The translations under genes were made by a program, and so were the position numbers. From an uncultured delta proteobacterium (GTDB lineage Bacteria > Desulfobacterota > Binatia > Binatales > Binataceae), in the NCBI GenBank assembly GCA_963765675.1, contig CAVXXK010000014.1, positions 96,001-160,000 on the forward strand: a stretch of DNA of 64,000 bases, written 5' to 3'. Of this stretch, positions 17,844 to 26,827 are shown piece after piece. Within the stretch, counting starts at the first letter, position 1. Every line of letters begins with the position of its first letter. The notes beneath the pieces are model-generated. The model was given only the letters and a program-made list of their open reading frames with translations, made no database searches and was not told the origin of the DNA.

Positions 17844-19271
17844 TCACATGAGTGGTTCGATGAATCGCGCGACGGTTTCATCGAGTCGTTCCCACAATCC
17901 GCGATGTTTCCATTCCTCGAGCTCGATTTGCTTCGAGCTTTCCATGTCATTCTTGAACATCAGGTTCATTTCGTCGCCGAAAGAATGGCTCAAAACGATC
18001 GCGTTGATTTCGTTGTCGCGCGCGATGCTCCACCAATCGAGATTTGAAGAGCCTATGGTTGACCACACTCCGTCTATCGTTGCGGTCTTCGCATGCAGCA
18101 TCTTTCCCTGCCATTCATAGATCTTAACCCCGGCCTTGAGCAACGCATGGTAGTGCGAACGCTCGGCCGAGACGATCAATTCTTCGTCACTCTGGCTGGG
18201 GAGCAGCAACCGCACATCCACCCCACGCTGTGCGGCGTGCTCGAGCGCATGCAACATCTGATGATCCGGCGCGAAGTAAGCGTCGGTGATGTACACATTG
18301 GTTTCGGAATTGACTATTGCCGAGATCAAGGTCACGTAGATCAGGCTGAATTGTTCCGGCACGCTCGCGATGACCCGCACGATGTGATCGCCGCGTTCTT
18401 CCAAGTCAGGAAAGTAGTTACGCGGGGTGAGCGGGGGCCCCTTCTGGTAATACCACTCGCTGATGAATATCCGCTGGATTTCCGCCACCACCGGACCCTC
18501 GAGTTCGATATCCGTGTCGCGCCAATATTCCGGCGGTCCGTTGCCCCCGCGGCTGCTTGGCCCGCTGGCATAAACCTCCGAAATATTGATGCCGCCGGTG
18601 AAGGCGATGCGTCCGTCAACGATCAGCATTTTGCGATGGTTCCGGTGACTCAGGGTCCAAGGAAGTTTGGCCCTAAACGGATTCAGCGGACGGTACTCCA
18701 TCACCGAAATTCCATTTTGCCTCATCCGATCGAAAAAACTCGCCGAGGTTCCTAACGAGCCGATGCCGTCATAGGCGACGTTCACCTGCACCCCATGTTG
18801 CTGCCGTTCGATCAATGCGTCGGCAAACATCTGCCCGATCGGACCGTCGGAAAATGTAAACATCTCGATATTGATGTTGTCTTTGGCACCGTGAATAGCC
18901 GCAAGCATTGCGCTATAGGTCGCCCTGCCGTTTTCGAGGAGGATAGTTTTGTTGCCCACCACCAAAGGAACATCGCTGAGCGCCTGCTCGAAGGCGAGAT
19001 GACGTGCGAGAATATCGCTCGGCGTCTTTTGATGTTCCTTCAGCTTATCGATGATTTGTTGCCCTTGCTCTTCAGTCAGCGGCCCGTCAGCCCCGACAAA
19101 GTTCGAATTCTCGCGGTAGAGAGACTTCGAATGAATTAGTGCGCCGACGTCCGGTATAGTGCCGCAACCACTCAGAAGTCCTAGAGAAATCAATAGAAGT
19201 AAGAGACCGACCCCGACCTCCGGAGATACGTTGCGTTTTGGACGGAGCCGCCGATTAGCGAACCTAGTCAC
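17844..19271 (-). CDS. Phospholipase D / cardiolipin synthase-like protein with N-terminal lipobox
   Basis: Two HKD motifs (HRKMLIVD..GGIN; HAKTATID..GSSN), WRDT, AYFAP; LLSGC after a hydrophobic stretch. Confidence 0.9.
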   Translation of the reverse strand: MTRFANRRLRPKRNVSPEVGVGLLLLLISLGLLSGCGTIPDVGALIHSKSLYRENSNFVGADGPLTEEQGQQIIDKLKEHQKTPSDILARHLAFEQALSDVPLVVGNKTILLENGRATYSAMLAAIHGAKDNINIEMFTFSDGPIGQMFADALIERQQHGVQVNVAYDGIGSLGTSASFFDRMRQNGISVMEYRPLNPFRAKLPWTLSHRNHRKMLIVDGRIAFTGGINISEVYASGPSSRGGNGPPEYWRDTDIELEGPVVAEIQRIFISEWYYQKGPPLTPRNYFPDLEERGDHIVRVIASVPEQFSLIYVTLISAIVNSETNVYITDAYFAPDHQMLHALEHAAQRGVDVRLLLPSQSDEELIVSAERSHYHALLKAGVKIYEWQGKMLHAKTATIDGVWSTIGSSNLDWWSIARDNEINAIVLSHSFGDEMNLMFKNDMESSKQIELEEWKHRGLWERLDETVARFIEPLM

Positions 19272-19560
19272 CTGCTGATGAGTGCTTCTTGACTTCGTAA
19301 CCGGTAGCGGCGCCGCCTAAACCTCCTGCGACCGCGCCGACAAGAGGATCGCCGACTGCGGCACCCATCAGGGCGCCCCCTGCGGCACCGCCAAGGCCTC
19401 CAACGGTAGCAGCGCTACTCTTGGAATCGGTTGTACTTCCGGCGATGGCGCCGACGCCCGCGCCGGTCGCACCTCCTGCCAGCAGAGCACATCCCGGCGC
19501 GAATACAATTGCCGCCGCGAATGTCGCGGCGACCCCGAGACGACATATTTTCGGAGCCAT
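19264..19560 (-). CDS. Glycine-zipper lipoprotein
   Basis: Signal peptide ending APGC, GAGVGAIAG / GGLGGAAGGA repeats; overlaps the PLD start. Confidence 0.75.
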   Translation of the reverse strand: MAPKICRLGVAATFAAAIVFAPGCALLAGGATGAGVGAIAGSTTDSKSSAATVGGLGGAAGGALMGAAVGDPLVGAVAGGLGGAATGYEVKKHSSAGD

Positions 19561-19574
19561 GATGCAACAGATTC

Positions 19575-19590
19575 AGCCAATTTCGTGCCA
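19575..19590 (-). promoter_or_regulatory. Possible sigma54 promoter for the lipoprotein-PLD operon
   Basis: Minus strand TGGCAC-GAAAT-TGGCT (GG-N10-GC, one mismatch at -12); very short leader. Confidence 0.4.
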
Positions 19591-19852
19591 CTGGAAACCA
19601 CTGCGATTTTCATCCCCCAACGTCAGAAGATACAGGTGATCGGAAAGGCAGAATGTGAAAAAAATTCTCAGCACGATCCAAATTCCCAAGACTTATGCTG
19701 CTCGAAAATCTTGTGTTTCGAATCGATCGCGGCGCGTCTGGCCGATAATGCCAGAAGGCATTGTTATGTCCATAATAGGGAACAAGCGTCTCAACCGGCA
19801 GAACGCGGGAATTTGACGCACAGACCGGTTCGCGCGAGACTCTTTGACGCAA

Positions 19853-21538
19853 ATGGCATCACCACTCAATGTCTTGTTCATCACGGCCGATCAGTGGCGC
19901 GGTGATTGCCTTTCCGCGCTGAATCATCCCGTCGTCCGCACGCCGAATCTCGACGCGCTAGCAGCGCAAGGAGTGCTGTTCCGGAATCATTTTGCGAACA
20001 CCGCGCCATGCGGTCCGAGCCGTGCGTCGCTGCACACCGGGATGTACCTGCAGAATCATCGTTCCGCGACAAATGGTACTCCGCTGGATGCGCGTCATAC
20101 GAATTGGGCCAAAGAAGCGGCGGCGCACGGCTACGATCCCGTGCTGTTTGGCTATACCGACACCAGCCAGGATCCGCGCAGGCTCGCGGCGAATGATCCG
20201 TGGCTCAAGAGCTACGAGGGTCCGTTGCCCGGCATCCGGCCCGTATGTTTACTGCTCGGCGCTCCCGCGCCGTGGACCGACTGGCTGAAGGCGCAAGGAT
20301 TCGAAGTTCCCGCGAACATCAGTCTCGCGTATGGATACAGGTCGGAAGGTCCGGATTACGAAGATGGCGCGCCGTGTCCCAAGCCGCTCAAGTATCCGTC
20401 GGAGTATGACGACACCGCATTTTTGATTAGTCAGATTACTGAGTATATACGCAATTCGAAGGGACCCTTCGTTGCGCATCTATCGCTGCTCCGGCCGCAT
20501 CCTCCATGGGTTGCGCCCGAACCCTACAACGCACTATACGATCCTGCACTCGTTCCGGGATTCTCGCGCCGAACCACGGCGGACGATGAGGCAGGGCAGC
20601 ATCCGTGGCTCGCGTATCAGCTTTCGCGTCGGATATTTCGTGCGACTGAAAACGAGAAGCGGCTTCGTCGGCTCAAGGCGGTGTATTTCGGACTGATGAG
20701 CCGGGTTGACGCGGCGATAGGAAAGCTCATTCAGTTTTTGAAAGACAACGACCGCTGGGACTCGACGCTGATTATATTTACGTCGGATCATGGCGAGCAG
20801 ATGGGTGATCATTGGCTAATGGGAAAGGGTGGCTATTTCGACGCGTCTTACCATATCCCCTTAATCGTGCGCGATCCGCGGCCGCAGGCTGATGCGGCCA
20901 GAGGCGCGGTAGTTTCGTCGTTTACCGAGAACGTCGATATAATGCCGACACTGCTGGACGCGATCGGCGCCGAGATTCCGATTCAATGCGACGGGAATTC
21001 GCTTGCTCTCTTTCTTCAAGGTGGCAGCCAGAAGGACAAATGGCGCACGGAAGCGCATTGGGAGTACGACTTTCGCGATCCCGCCGACGACACCGCGGAG
21101 CGCGCACTCGGGCTGACGATGCATCAATGCATGATGAACATCATTAGGGGTGCGCGATACAAGTACGTACACTTCACGAAATTGCCGCCGCTGTTTTTCG
21201 ATCTCGAGACTGACCCGGGCGAGTTCGCAAATCTCGCCGAGTCGGCGCAGCATCAGCGATTGGTCCTGGAATATGCGCAGAAGATGCTCTCGTGGCGCAT
21301 GAACCACGACGAGCAGACGCTCACTCACATCGCGCTCGTCGAGCCCGTGCCCGATCGCGCGCCGCGCCCCACGTTACTGAGCAATAGATTATTAGAGCGT
21401 CTCTTCCTCAGGCATGGGATGCTGGTGTCTGAGCGCAATGTAACACAGCACTTCGTCATGCGGCACGAGCCCCGCGATTTCCAGGATGAGCCGGTCCCGA
21501 GCGACGTCGACGAGCTATCCGGACTGGCAAGCCGATGA
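19853..21538 (+). CDS. Phosphonate monoester hydrolase (alkaline phosphatase/sulfatase superfamily); C-terminus beyond about 21340 looks artefactual
   Basis: DQWR, formylglycine motif CGPSR, RPHPP, FTSDHGEQ.GDH.L.GK, WRTE.HWEYDFRD, YKYVHF..LPPLFFDL..DP, LSWR..H...LTH, all as recalled for Rhizobium/Burkholderia PMH. Confidence 0.85.
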   Translation: MASPLNVLFITADQWRGDCLSALNHPVVRTPNLDALAAQGVLFRNHFANTAPCGPSRASLHTGMYLQNHRSATNGTPLDARHTNWAKEAAAHGYDPVLFGYTDTSQDPRRLAANDPWLKSYEGPLPGIRPVCLLLGAPAPWTDWLKAQGFEVPANISLAYGYRSEGPDYEDGAPCPKPLKYPSEYDDTAFLISQITEYIRNSKGPFVAHLSLLRPHPPWVAPEPYNALYDPALVPGFSRRTTADDEAGQHPWLAYQLSRRIFRATENEKRLRRLKAVYFGLMSRVDAAIGKLIQFLKDNDRWDSTLIIFTSDHGEQMGDHWLMGKGGYFDASYHIPLIVRDPRPQADAARGAVVSSFTENVDIMPTLLDAIGAEIPIQCDGNSLALFLQGGSQKDKWRTEAHWEYDFRDPADDTAERALGLTMHQCMMNIIRGARYKYVHFTKLPPLFFDLETDPGEFANLAESAQHQRLVLEYAQKMLSWRMNHDEQTLTHIALVEPVPDRAPRPTLLSNRLLERLFLRHGMLVSERNVTQHFVMRHEPRDFQDEPVPSDVDELSGLASR

Positions 21539-21720
21539 TCCCACCTAAAGTCGACATAGTACTGCCGAACGAGAGCAGTGTCGCGCGATTTTCGCCCTCG
21601 ATCACCTCGTTGTACCAAGCGAATCCCATCGGGCCGGCGACCCCCGCAACAAACGTGGCGAACATGATCGCGCCGAGTGCGAGCCAGATATGCGCGCTGC
21701 GAGTCCGGCAACGATCAGTT
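21456..21720 (-). pseudogene. Garbled fragment of an MFS transporter C-terminus
   Basis: FVAGVAGPMGFAWYNEVIEGENRATLLSFGSTMSTLGGIIGLP resembles MFS TM10-11; flanks are out of frame. Confidence 0.55.
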
Positions 21721-21905
21721 TAGAGGCTTCGGCTGAGGCTACGATGCTCATCGCGCACTCATACGTGCATGGCAATGATAATCGCGACAGAACCCAGCCA
21801 CTGCGCCGACGGAGTGTGAAAATAATATATAAGATTCCAGGCCTGTCAACAGTCGCTACAGAGCGCGGATTCACGCTGCGGAGGAATGACGCATCGGCAT
21901 AGCGA

Positions 21906-22725
21906 CTACGGATGCTCGCCGTTGCGCTAAGCGCGACTCGATCGCGTCGAGGGAGGGTTCGCAATCGGCGACGGTGTCGATCACCTAGTGCGCGCCGGCG
22001 CCGGTCAGTTGCGCGCGAGCGTGCTCGATACGAGAGGCCTTCTCGGCTGATGAGAGTGTGGCGAAATCCTCGGACGACAGGCCAACCAGGTTGCCTGTCC
22101 GGGCGACGCCAATCGTCCATACGCCCGCGCGCAATCCTTCTTCGATATCGACGACGGTGTCGCCAATTTTCACGATCGCCACGAGCGGTTCGACCTTAAG
22201 CTGGATGGCGTTGGCAAAGATCATCCATGGAAAGGGTCGACCAGCGCCGACTTCATCGGGAGTGACTGAACAATCAGGTTTGTAGCCTTGCCTGGCGGCG
22301 GGGTCGAGGATCAAGTCCAGCATCGCTCGAGTGTAGCCGGTGGTACTGCCGATCTTGATCCCTCGATGGCGAAGGCGCGCGATCGTTTCCGCGACTCCAT
22401 CGATCACGCCGGAGTGCGCGACGATAGTCTCGAGCTGCAGTGGTACAAAATCGGTGAACAGCGCTTCGACGTCGGCTTCTCCGGGTTCGTGGCCGCACGC
22501 TTTGCGCCATCGGGCCGCGACGCTCTGCTGACGTAGTATTTTTCTGATGTGATCTTTTTTCAAGACACCCATGTCGCGCCGCGCGTCTTCCTCGGAGATT
22601 GGTACGCCGCGCCGTGCGAATACTTGTTGCAGAACTCGCACCGGCGCGAGGCTGCCGTGATCAACAGTCGTTCCCGCCCAATCGAAGATGACTGCCTTCA
22701 CCGGTCCGGAATACACGGTCTTCAT
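21906..22725 (-). CDS. phnX: Phosphonoacetaldehyde hydrolase (phosphonatase); in-frame TAG at 21985-21987 and a 1-bp indel near the end
   Basis: FDWAGTTVD, Schiff-base Lys in MGVLKKDHIR, STTGY, GRP.PWM, KIGDT; after the TAG the frame continues VIDTVADCEP..DAIE.RL. Confidence 0.88.
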
Positions 22726-23866
22726 TAGATATACATCTCGCGAGTCATCTGTTCCGCCAAACCGAATGACAACGTCATGCCCGAGCCGCCAACTGCCGTG
22801 ACGATACGCACGCCGGACGCAGCATCAATCGCGACATAAGATTTTCCGGATGCTTTGCGTACACGCCGTACCATCGCTCGGCGATCGAGAGATCGGGCGC
22901 GAGCAGGAATCTGCGCACGTCGCGCATCACGAGTTCGTCGATTTCAGTTTTGTTGAAGATATCGACCGCGAGGCCATATTCGTGGGAGTCGCCGAGCGTG
23001 AGAGCGCCATCGGCGGTTTGTGAAACCAGAGTGTGTATTGCCCAACGGTCATACTCAGCCCGCTCACGCGCGACTCTCTCTTTATATTTAGGCAGCGTCG
23101 TGGTGCAGATTTCGAATGCGGGATAGAACCTCAGCGTAAGCCCCGCGGCCAAAGACGGCCCAAGCTGCCATCCACCTTTCTGCGGCGCGGTGCGCATCAT
23201 CTGCAGCTTGCATCGATCGATTCCTCTGGTCGCGAAGAGATCGGGATAGAGAGTTTCGAAATCATCGCCGCTGCAAACGAATACCTGATTGGCATGCCAT
23301 GACTCCGCGCCGGCTTCGATGACCGGCAACTGGATCGATCGCACCGCGGTGCCAAAGCGGAACTGGACGCCATATTTCTCAGTGAGAAAAGCCGGTAGCT
23401 GTCCGAGAATCTGGCGCGGATCGACGGTCATCTCGGCAGAGCTCCAGATTCCGCCCAGCAATCCGTCGGGATTCACAGCATGGCTTTTCCGCAGAACGGC
23501 TTCGACAGGCAACCAGGTGCAGGCGTAACCGAATCCCGGAGCGCGTTCACAGAACTCGTGCGCGACCTCAGCTTCGTCAGGATGATAAACCACGTGGAGC
23601 GAACCGGTCGGAAGATATGGCAGGCCCGCTTCGTCAAGAATTTCCTGCCAGATCTGGCGGCTACGCATCGCCATCTGATGAACCGCGCCAGCCCGCTGTC
23701 CGATCGGCCAGATCATTCCGAAGTTACGTACCGACGCGCCCTGCGCTTTGGGTGAGCGCTCAAAGACCACGACTGAGCGTCCGCGTTTCGCCGCGAAGTA
23801 TGCATGCGCGAGGCCGAGTATACCTGCACCAACGATCGCCACATCCGCTGATCGAGTTGCACTCAC
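22725..23866 (-). CDS. TIGR03364-like FAD-dependent aminophosphonate oxidoreductase; 1-bp frameshift in an A-run near 22843
   Basis: GAGILGLAHA, GASVRNFGMIWP, CKLQMMR, LGDSHEY, W.GVYAKHP; adding one A restores ..IVTAVGGSGMTLSFGLAE.. ending in TAA that overlaps the phnX ATG (TAATG). Confidence 0.85.
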
Positions 23867-23868
23867 GG

Positions 23869-25098
23869 TTACGGATTCGGCGCGGGGTGCATGCGGACCG
23901 GCAGATGCTTGATGCCGTTGATGAAGTTAGAGCGCAGCCGCTTGACCTCACCGATTCTCTGGATCGATCGCACCCGCCGCGTCAGCTCCTCTAGCAGTAT
24001 GTTGATCTCCATCCGGGCGAGATTGGCGCCGAGGCAGTAGTGAGCGCCGCCACCGCCGAAGGCTACATGCTCGTTGGGTGAACGCGTGATGTCGAACTTG
24101 AACGGATCGGCGAAGACCTCCTCGTCGCGATTGGCGGAAATGTACCAGAGACTGACTTTGTCACCAGACTTGATCTGCTGACCTCTGATTTCTGTATCGC
24201 GCGTGACGTTGCGCCGGAAATACATCACCGGCGATGCCCAGCGCAGGATCTCTTCGGTCGCGCCAGGCACCAGCGTCGGTTTCTCGCTAAGCATCCCGTA
24301 CTGATCGGCGTGATCGATGAGCGTGTTCACGCCGTGCGCCAGCGCGTTGCGCGTGGTCTCATTGCCGGCGACTGCGAGCAGCAGAAAAAAGAGATTGAAA
24401 TCCATCTCCGACAGGCGGTCGCCGGCGATTTCGGCGCCCAGCAGCGCGGTTACGATATCGTCGCGCGGCTCCTCGCGACGCTTCGCCGCTAACGCTCCCG
24501 AGTACATGAACATCTCGATCGCCGCGCCGCGTGCGAGTTCCTCGCTGACGGCATACTCCGGATCGCGGCTTCCGATCATGCGATTGCTCCACTCGAATAG
24601 CTTGTGGCGATCCTCGAAGGGCACTCCGAGCAACTGCGCGATCACCTGCAGCGGCAGCTCGGCGGCGACCTCGAGTACGAAATCGCACTCGCGCTTTGCG
24701 ATCGCGCGATCGAGGATCGTGCCGACTGCGGTCCGGATACCCTGCGCCAGCGCGCCGATCATGCGCGGGGTGAAGCCGCGATTGACCAGCGAACGGTAGC
24801 GAGTGTGATCCGGCGGATCCATCGTGAGCATCATGCGGCCTTCCGAAGCCAAGTCGGAACCGGGCGGAAGATCCTCCAGCGCCGTCACTCCGCCAAGCTG
24901 CTGCTCTGAGGAGTAGGTTTCGGAATCGCGATTCACCGCAACCACGTCGTCATAGCGGGTGATGACCCAGAAGCCGCGGCCGCCAGGCTCGGGATGCTTG
25001 AAGACAGGAGCGTTATGGCGCAGATAAGTGAACCATTCGTCAGGCACGCGCGGCACGAAACGGTCCGGGTTCAATAAATCGATCTCGGATAGGTTCAT
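23869..25098 (-). CDS. Cytochrome P450 (CYP125/124-like)
   Basis: MDPPDH..YR, AGNETT, EILR, SANRDE.VF, heme motif FGGGGAHYCLG. Confidence 0.95.
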   Translation of the reverse strand: MNLSEIDLLNPDRFVPRVPDEWFTYLRHNAPVFKHPEPGGRGFWVITRYDDVVAVNRDSETYSSEQQLGGVTALEDLPPGSDLASEGRMMLTMDPPDHTRYRSLVNRGFTPRMIGALAQGIRTAVGTILDRAIAKRECDFVLEVAAELPLQVIAQLLGVPFEDRHKLFEWSNRMIGSRDPEYAVSEELARGAAIEMFMYSGALAAKRREEPRDDIVTALLGAEIAGDRLSEMDFNLFFLLLAVAGNETTRNALAHGVNTLIDHADQYGMLSEKPTLVPGATEEILRWASPVMYFRRNVTRDTEIRGQQIKSGDKVSLWYISANRDEEVFADPFKFDITRSPNEHVAFGGGGAHYCLGANLARMEINILLEELTRRVRSIQRIGEVKRLRSNFINGIKHLPVRMHPAPNP

Positions 25099-25160
25099 TT
25101 ACGCGCTCCCAGAGGAGTTGAATTTCGTGAGCTGGGGATTCGCTCAGCCGTTCCCTCGGG

Positions 25161-26393
25161 TCATTTCTGATCGCGTGCGACGGCCACGCCCATTTCGATC
25201 AGGCGTTCGGCCTGCTGCTCGCTGTAGCCCGCTTCCCTAAGGATCTCCCGCGTGTGCATCGCGAAGCTGGGCGGAGGCTGCGGAGCGCGCTTGGGACTCT
25301 CGGCTACGAAGATCGGGCTGTCGACAGTCTCAATACGGCCGACGCCCGGGTAGTCGAAGTCGATGATTGCGCCGCAGTCGCGCATCTGCTGATCGCCCAC
25401 CGCTTCTTCGAGCGTCGGCAGCGGCGACCATTTTATATCGTGCTCGCGAAACAATTGGCGCCATTCGCTGAGCGGTTTGGCTTCGAATTGCGATTGCAGG
25501 ATCGCGTAGAGCACCGCGGCATTTTCCTTTCGGGCTTCAAACGTCGCGAACAGCGGATTGGTTGCAAGCTCGGACTCGCCGAGCGCGCGGCACAAGCGCG
25601 GGAACTCGCGCTCGGGATCGAGCAGGGCAATGATCATCGCGTGACGGTCGCTGCTCGGATAGCCGGCGATGAGCGGATTGATCGGACGATCGCCCGGCTT
25701 GCGTTCGGGAAATCGAGCGCCGCAGAGCTTGGCCTGGATGTCCACGCTGTTCGCCCACGCGCCCGCCGCCATCAGCGATGTGCTGACCTTCGATCCAAGG
25801 CCGGTGCGCTCGCGCCGGTAGAGCGCGAGCATGACCGCGGCAAACAGAGTCATCGCCGTGGGATGATCGCCCATCGCGGGCCGCGCACTGGCTGGAGTGC
25901 CGTCGGCGCCGGTGACCGTGGCCATCAATCCGGAGCGCGCCCAGTAGGCCAGGCCGTCGAAGGACGGCGAGTCCGCATCCTCGCCGCGCTCGCCGTATCC
26001 GGTTATTTGCGCATAGATGAGCCGCGGGTTTGCTGCGCGCAGATCGTCCCAAGTAATTCGAAATTTCTTGAGAAGCGAAATCTGGTAGTTCGTGACAAAC
26101 ACATCCGCGCCGGCGACGAGCGTTAGAAGCGCGTCGCGTCCCGCGGCCTGCGAGAGGTCGAGCGCGATGCTGCGCTTGTTGCGGTTGGTGAGCAGCCATG
26201 TGTAGCTGAGCTCGGAATTCGGATAGCCGGGCGTTTGTGGAAAGGTGCGCCACAAGTCGCCCTCGGGCGGCCGCTCGATTTTTATTACGTCCGCGCCGAA
26301 GTCGGACATCACCGTGGCCGAGGCTGGTCCGGCCACGTAAGTCGCACAGTCAATTACCTTGAGGCCCGAAAGAGGGCTGTCGTTCGCGTTCAT
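25161..26393 (-). CDS. CaiB/BaiF family III CoA-transferase
   Basis: PLSGLKVID...AGP, DFGADVIKIE.P..GD, NRNKRSI.LDL, NPRLIYA.ITGYG. Confidence 0.93.
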   Translation of the reverse strand: MNANDSPLSGLKVIDCATYVAGPASATVMSDFGADVIKIERPPEGDLWRTFPQTPGYPNSELSYTWLLTNRNKRSIALDLSQAAGRDALLTLVAGADVFVTNYQISLLKKFRITWDDLRAANPRLIYAQITGYGERGEDADSPSFDGLAYWARSGLMATVTGADGTPASARPAMGDHPTAMTLFAAVMLALYRRERTGLGSKVSTSLMAAGAWANSVDIQAKLCGARFPERKPGDRPINPLIAGYPSSDRHAMIIALLDPEREFPRLCRALGESELATNPLFATFEARKENAAVLYAILQSQFEAKPLSEWRQLFREHDIKWSPLPTLEEAVGDQQMRDCGAIIDFDYPGVGRIETVDSPIFVAESPKRAPQPPPSFAMHTREILREAGYSEQQAERLIEMGVAVARDQK

Positions 26394-26470
26394 AGTTTTT
26401 CGCCTCACTCGTCCGGCGGTTATCACTCCAATAACTGCTGGAAGCGGGCGGTCGATGTCAATCGCGCAGT

Positions 26471-26815
26471 TTAATCTTTGGCCAGGTGAAACTTGTGCAG
26501 AAAACGATGCAGCACCGGCGTGAGCAGAATTCCGACGATCGCGATGAGCGCGAGTCCGCTGTAGAGCGCATACAGTGACGCGAAAATTTTCCCGGCATTG
26601 GTTTTGATCGTATCGACCGGTCCCATGCCGCCGAGAATCATCGATGCGTTGAGCAGCGAATCGATCCAGCGCAGACCGCCGAGATAATGGTAGCCGCAAA
26701 TGCCGACTGCAAGGGAGCTCGCGACGACTGCGGCTGCGACGGTGGTCCATCGCGCGAACCGTAAAAGGAACAGACGCATCGGCAGCAATCTCTCGTGACT
26801 CCGTTCGAACCGCAT
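26471..26815 (-). CDS. Small 2-TM membrane protein with pore-helix-like segment (K-channel-like fold)
   Basis: TM-GYHYL..L.WIDSLLNASMILGGMGPVD-TM (GKIFASLYALYSG). Confidence 0.65.
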   Translation of the reverse strand: MRFERSHERLLPMRLFLLRFARWTTVAAAVVASSLAVGICGYHYLGGLRWIDSLLNASMILGGMGPVDTIKTNAGKIFASLYALYSGLALIAIVGILLTPVLHRFLHKFHLAKD

Positions 26816-26827
26816 CGAACGCGATCC

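Noticed and set aside
17662-17847. 61-aa ORF between the PLD and methyltransferase genes
   Set aside because: No recognisable motif or clear RBS; may be a remnant
21985-21987. TAG readthrough or pyrrolysine in phnX
   Set aside because: Sits among other indels next to a garbled patch; TAG is used as a normal stop throughout the window
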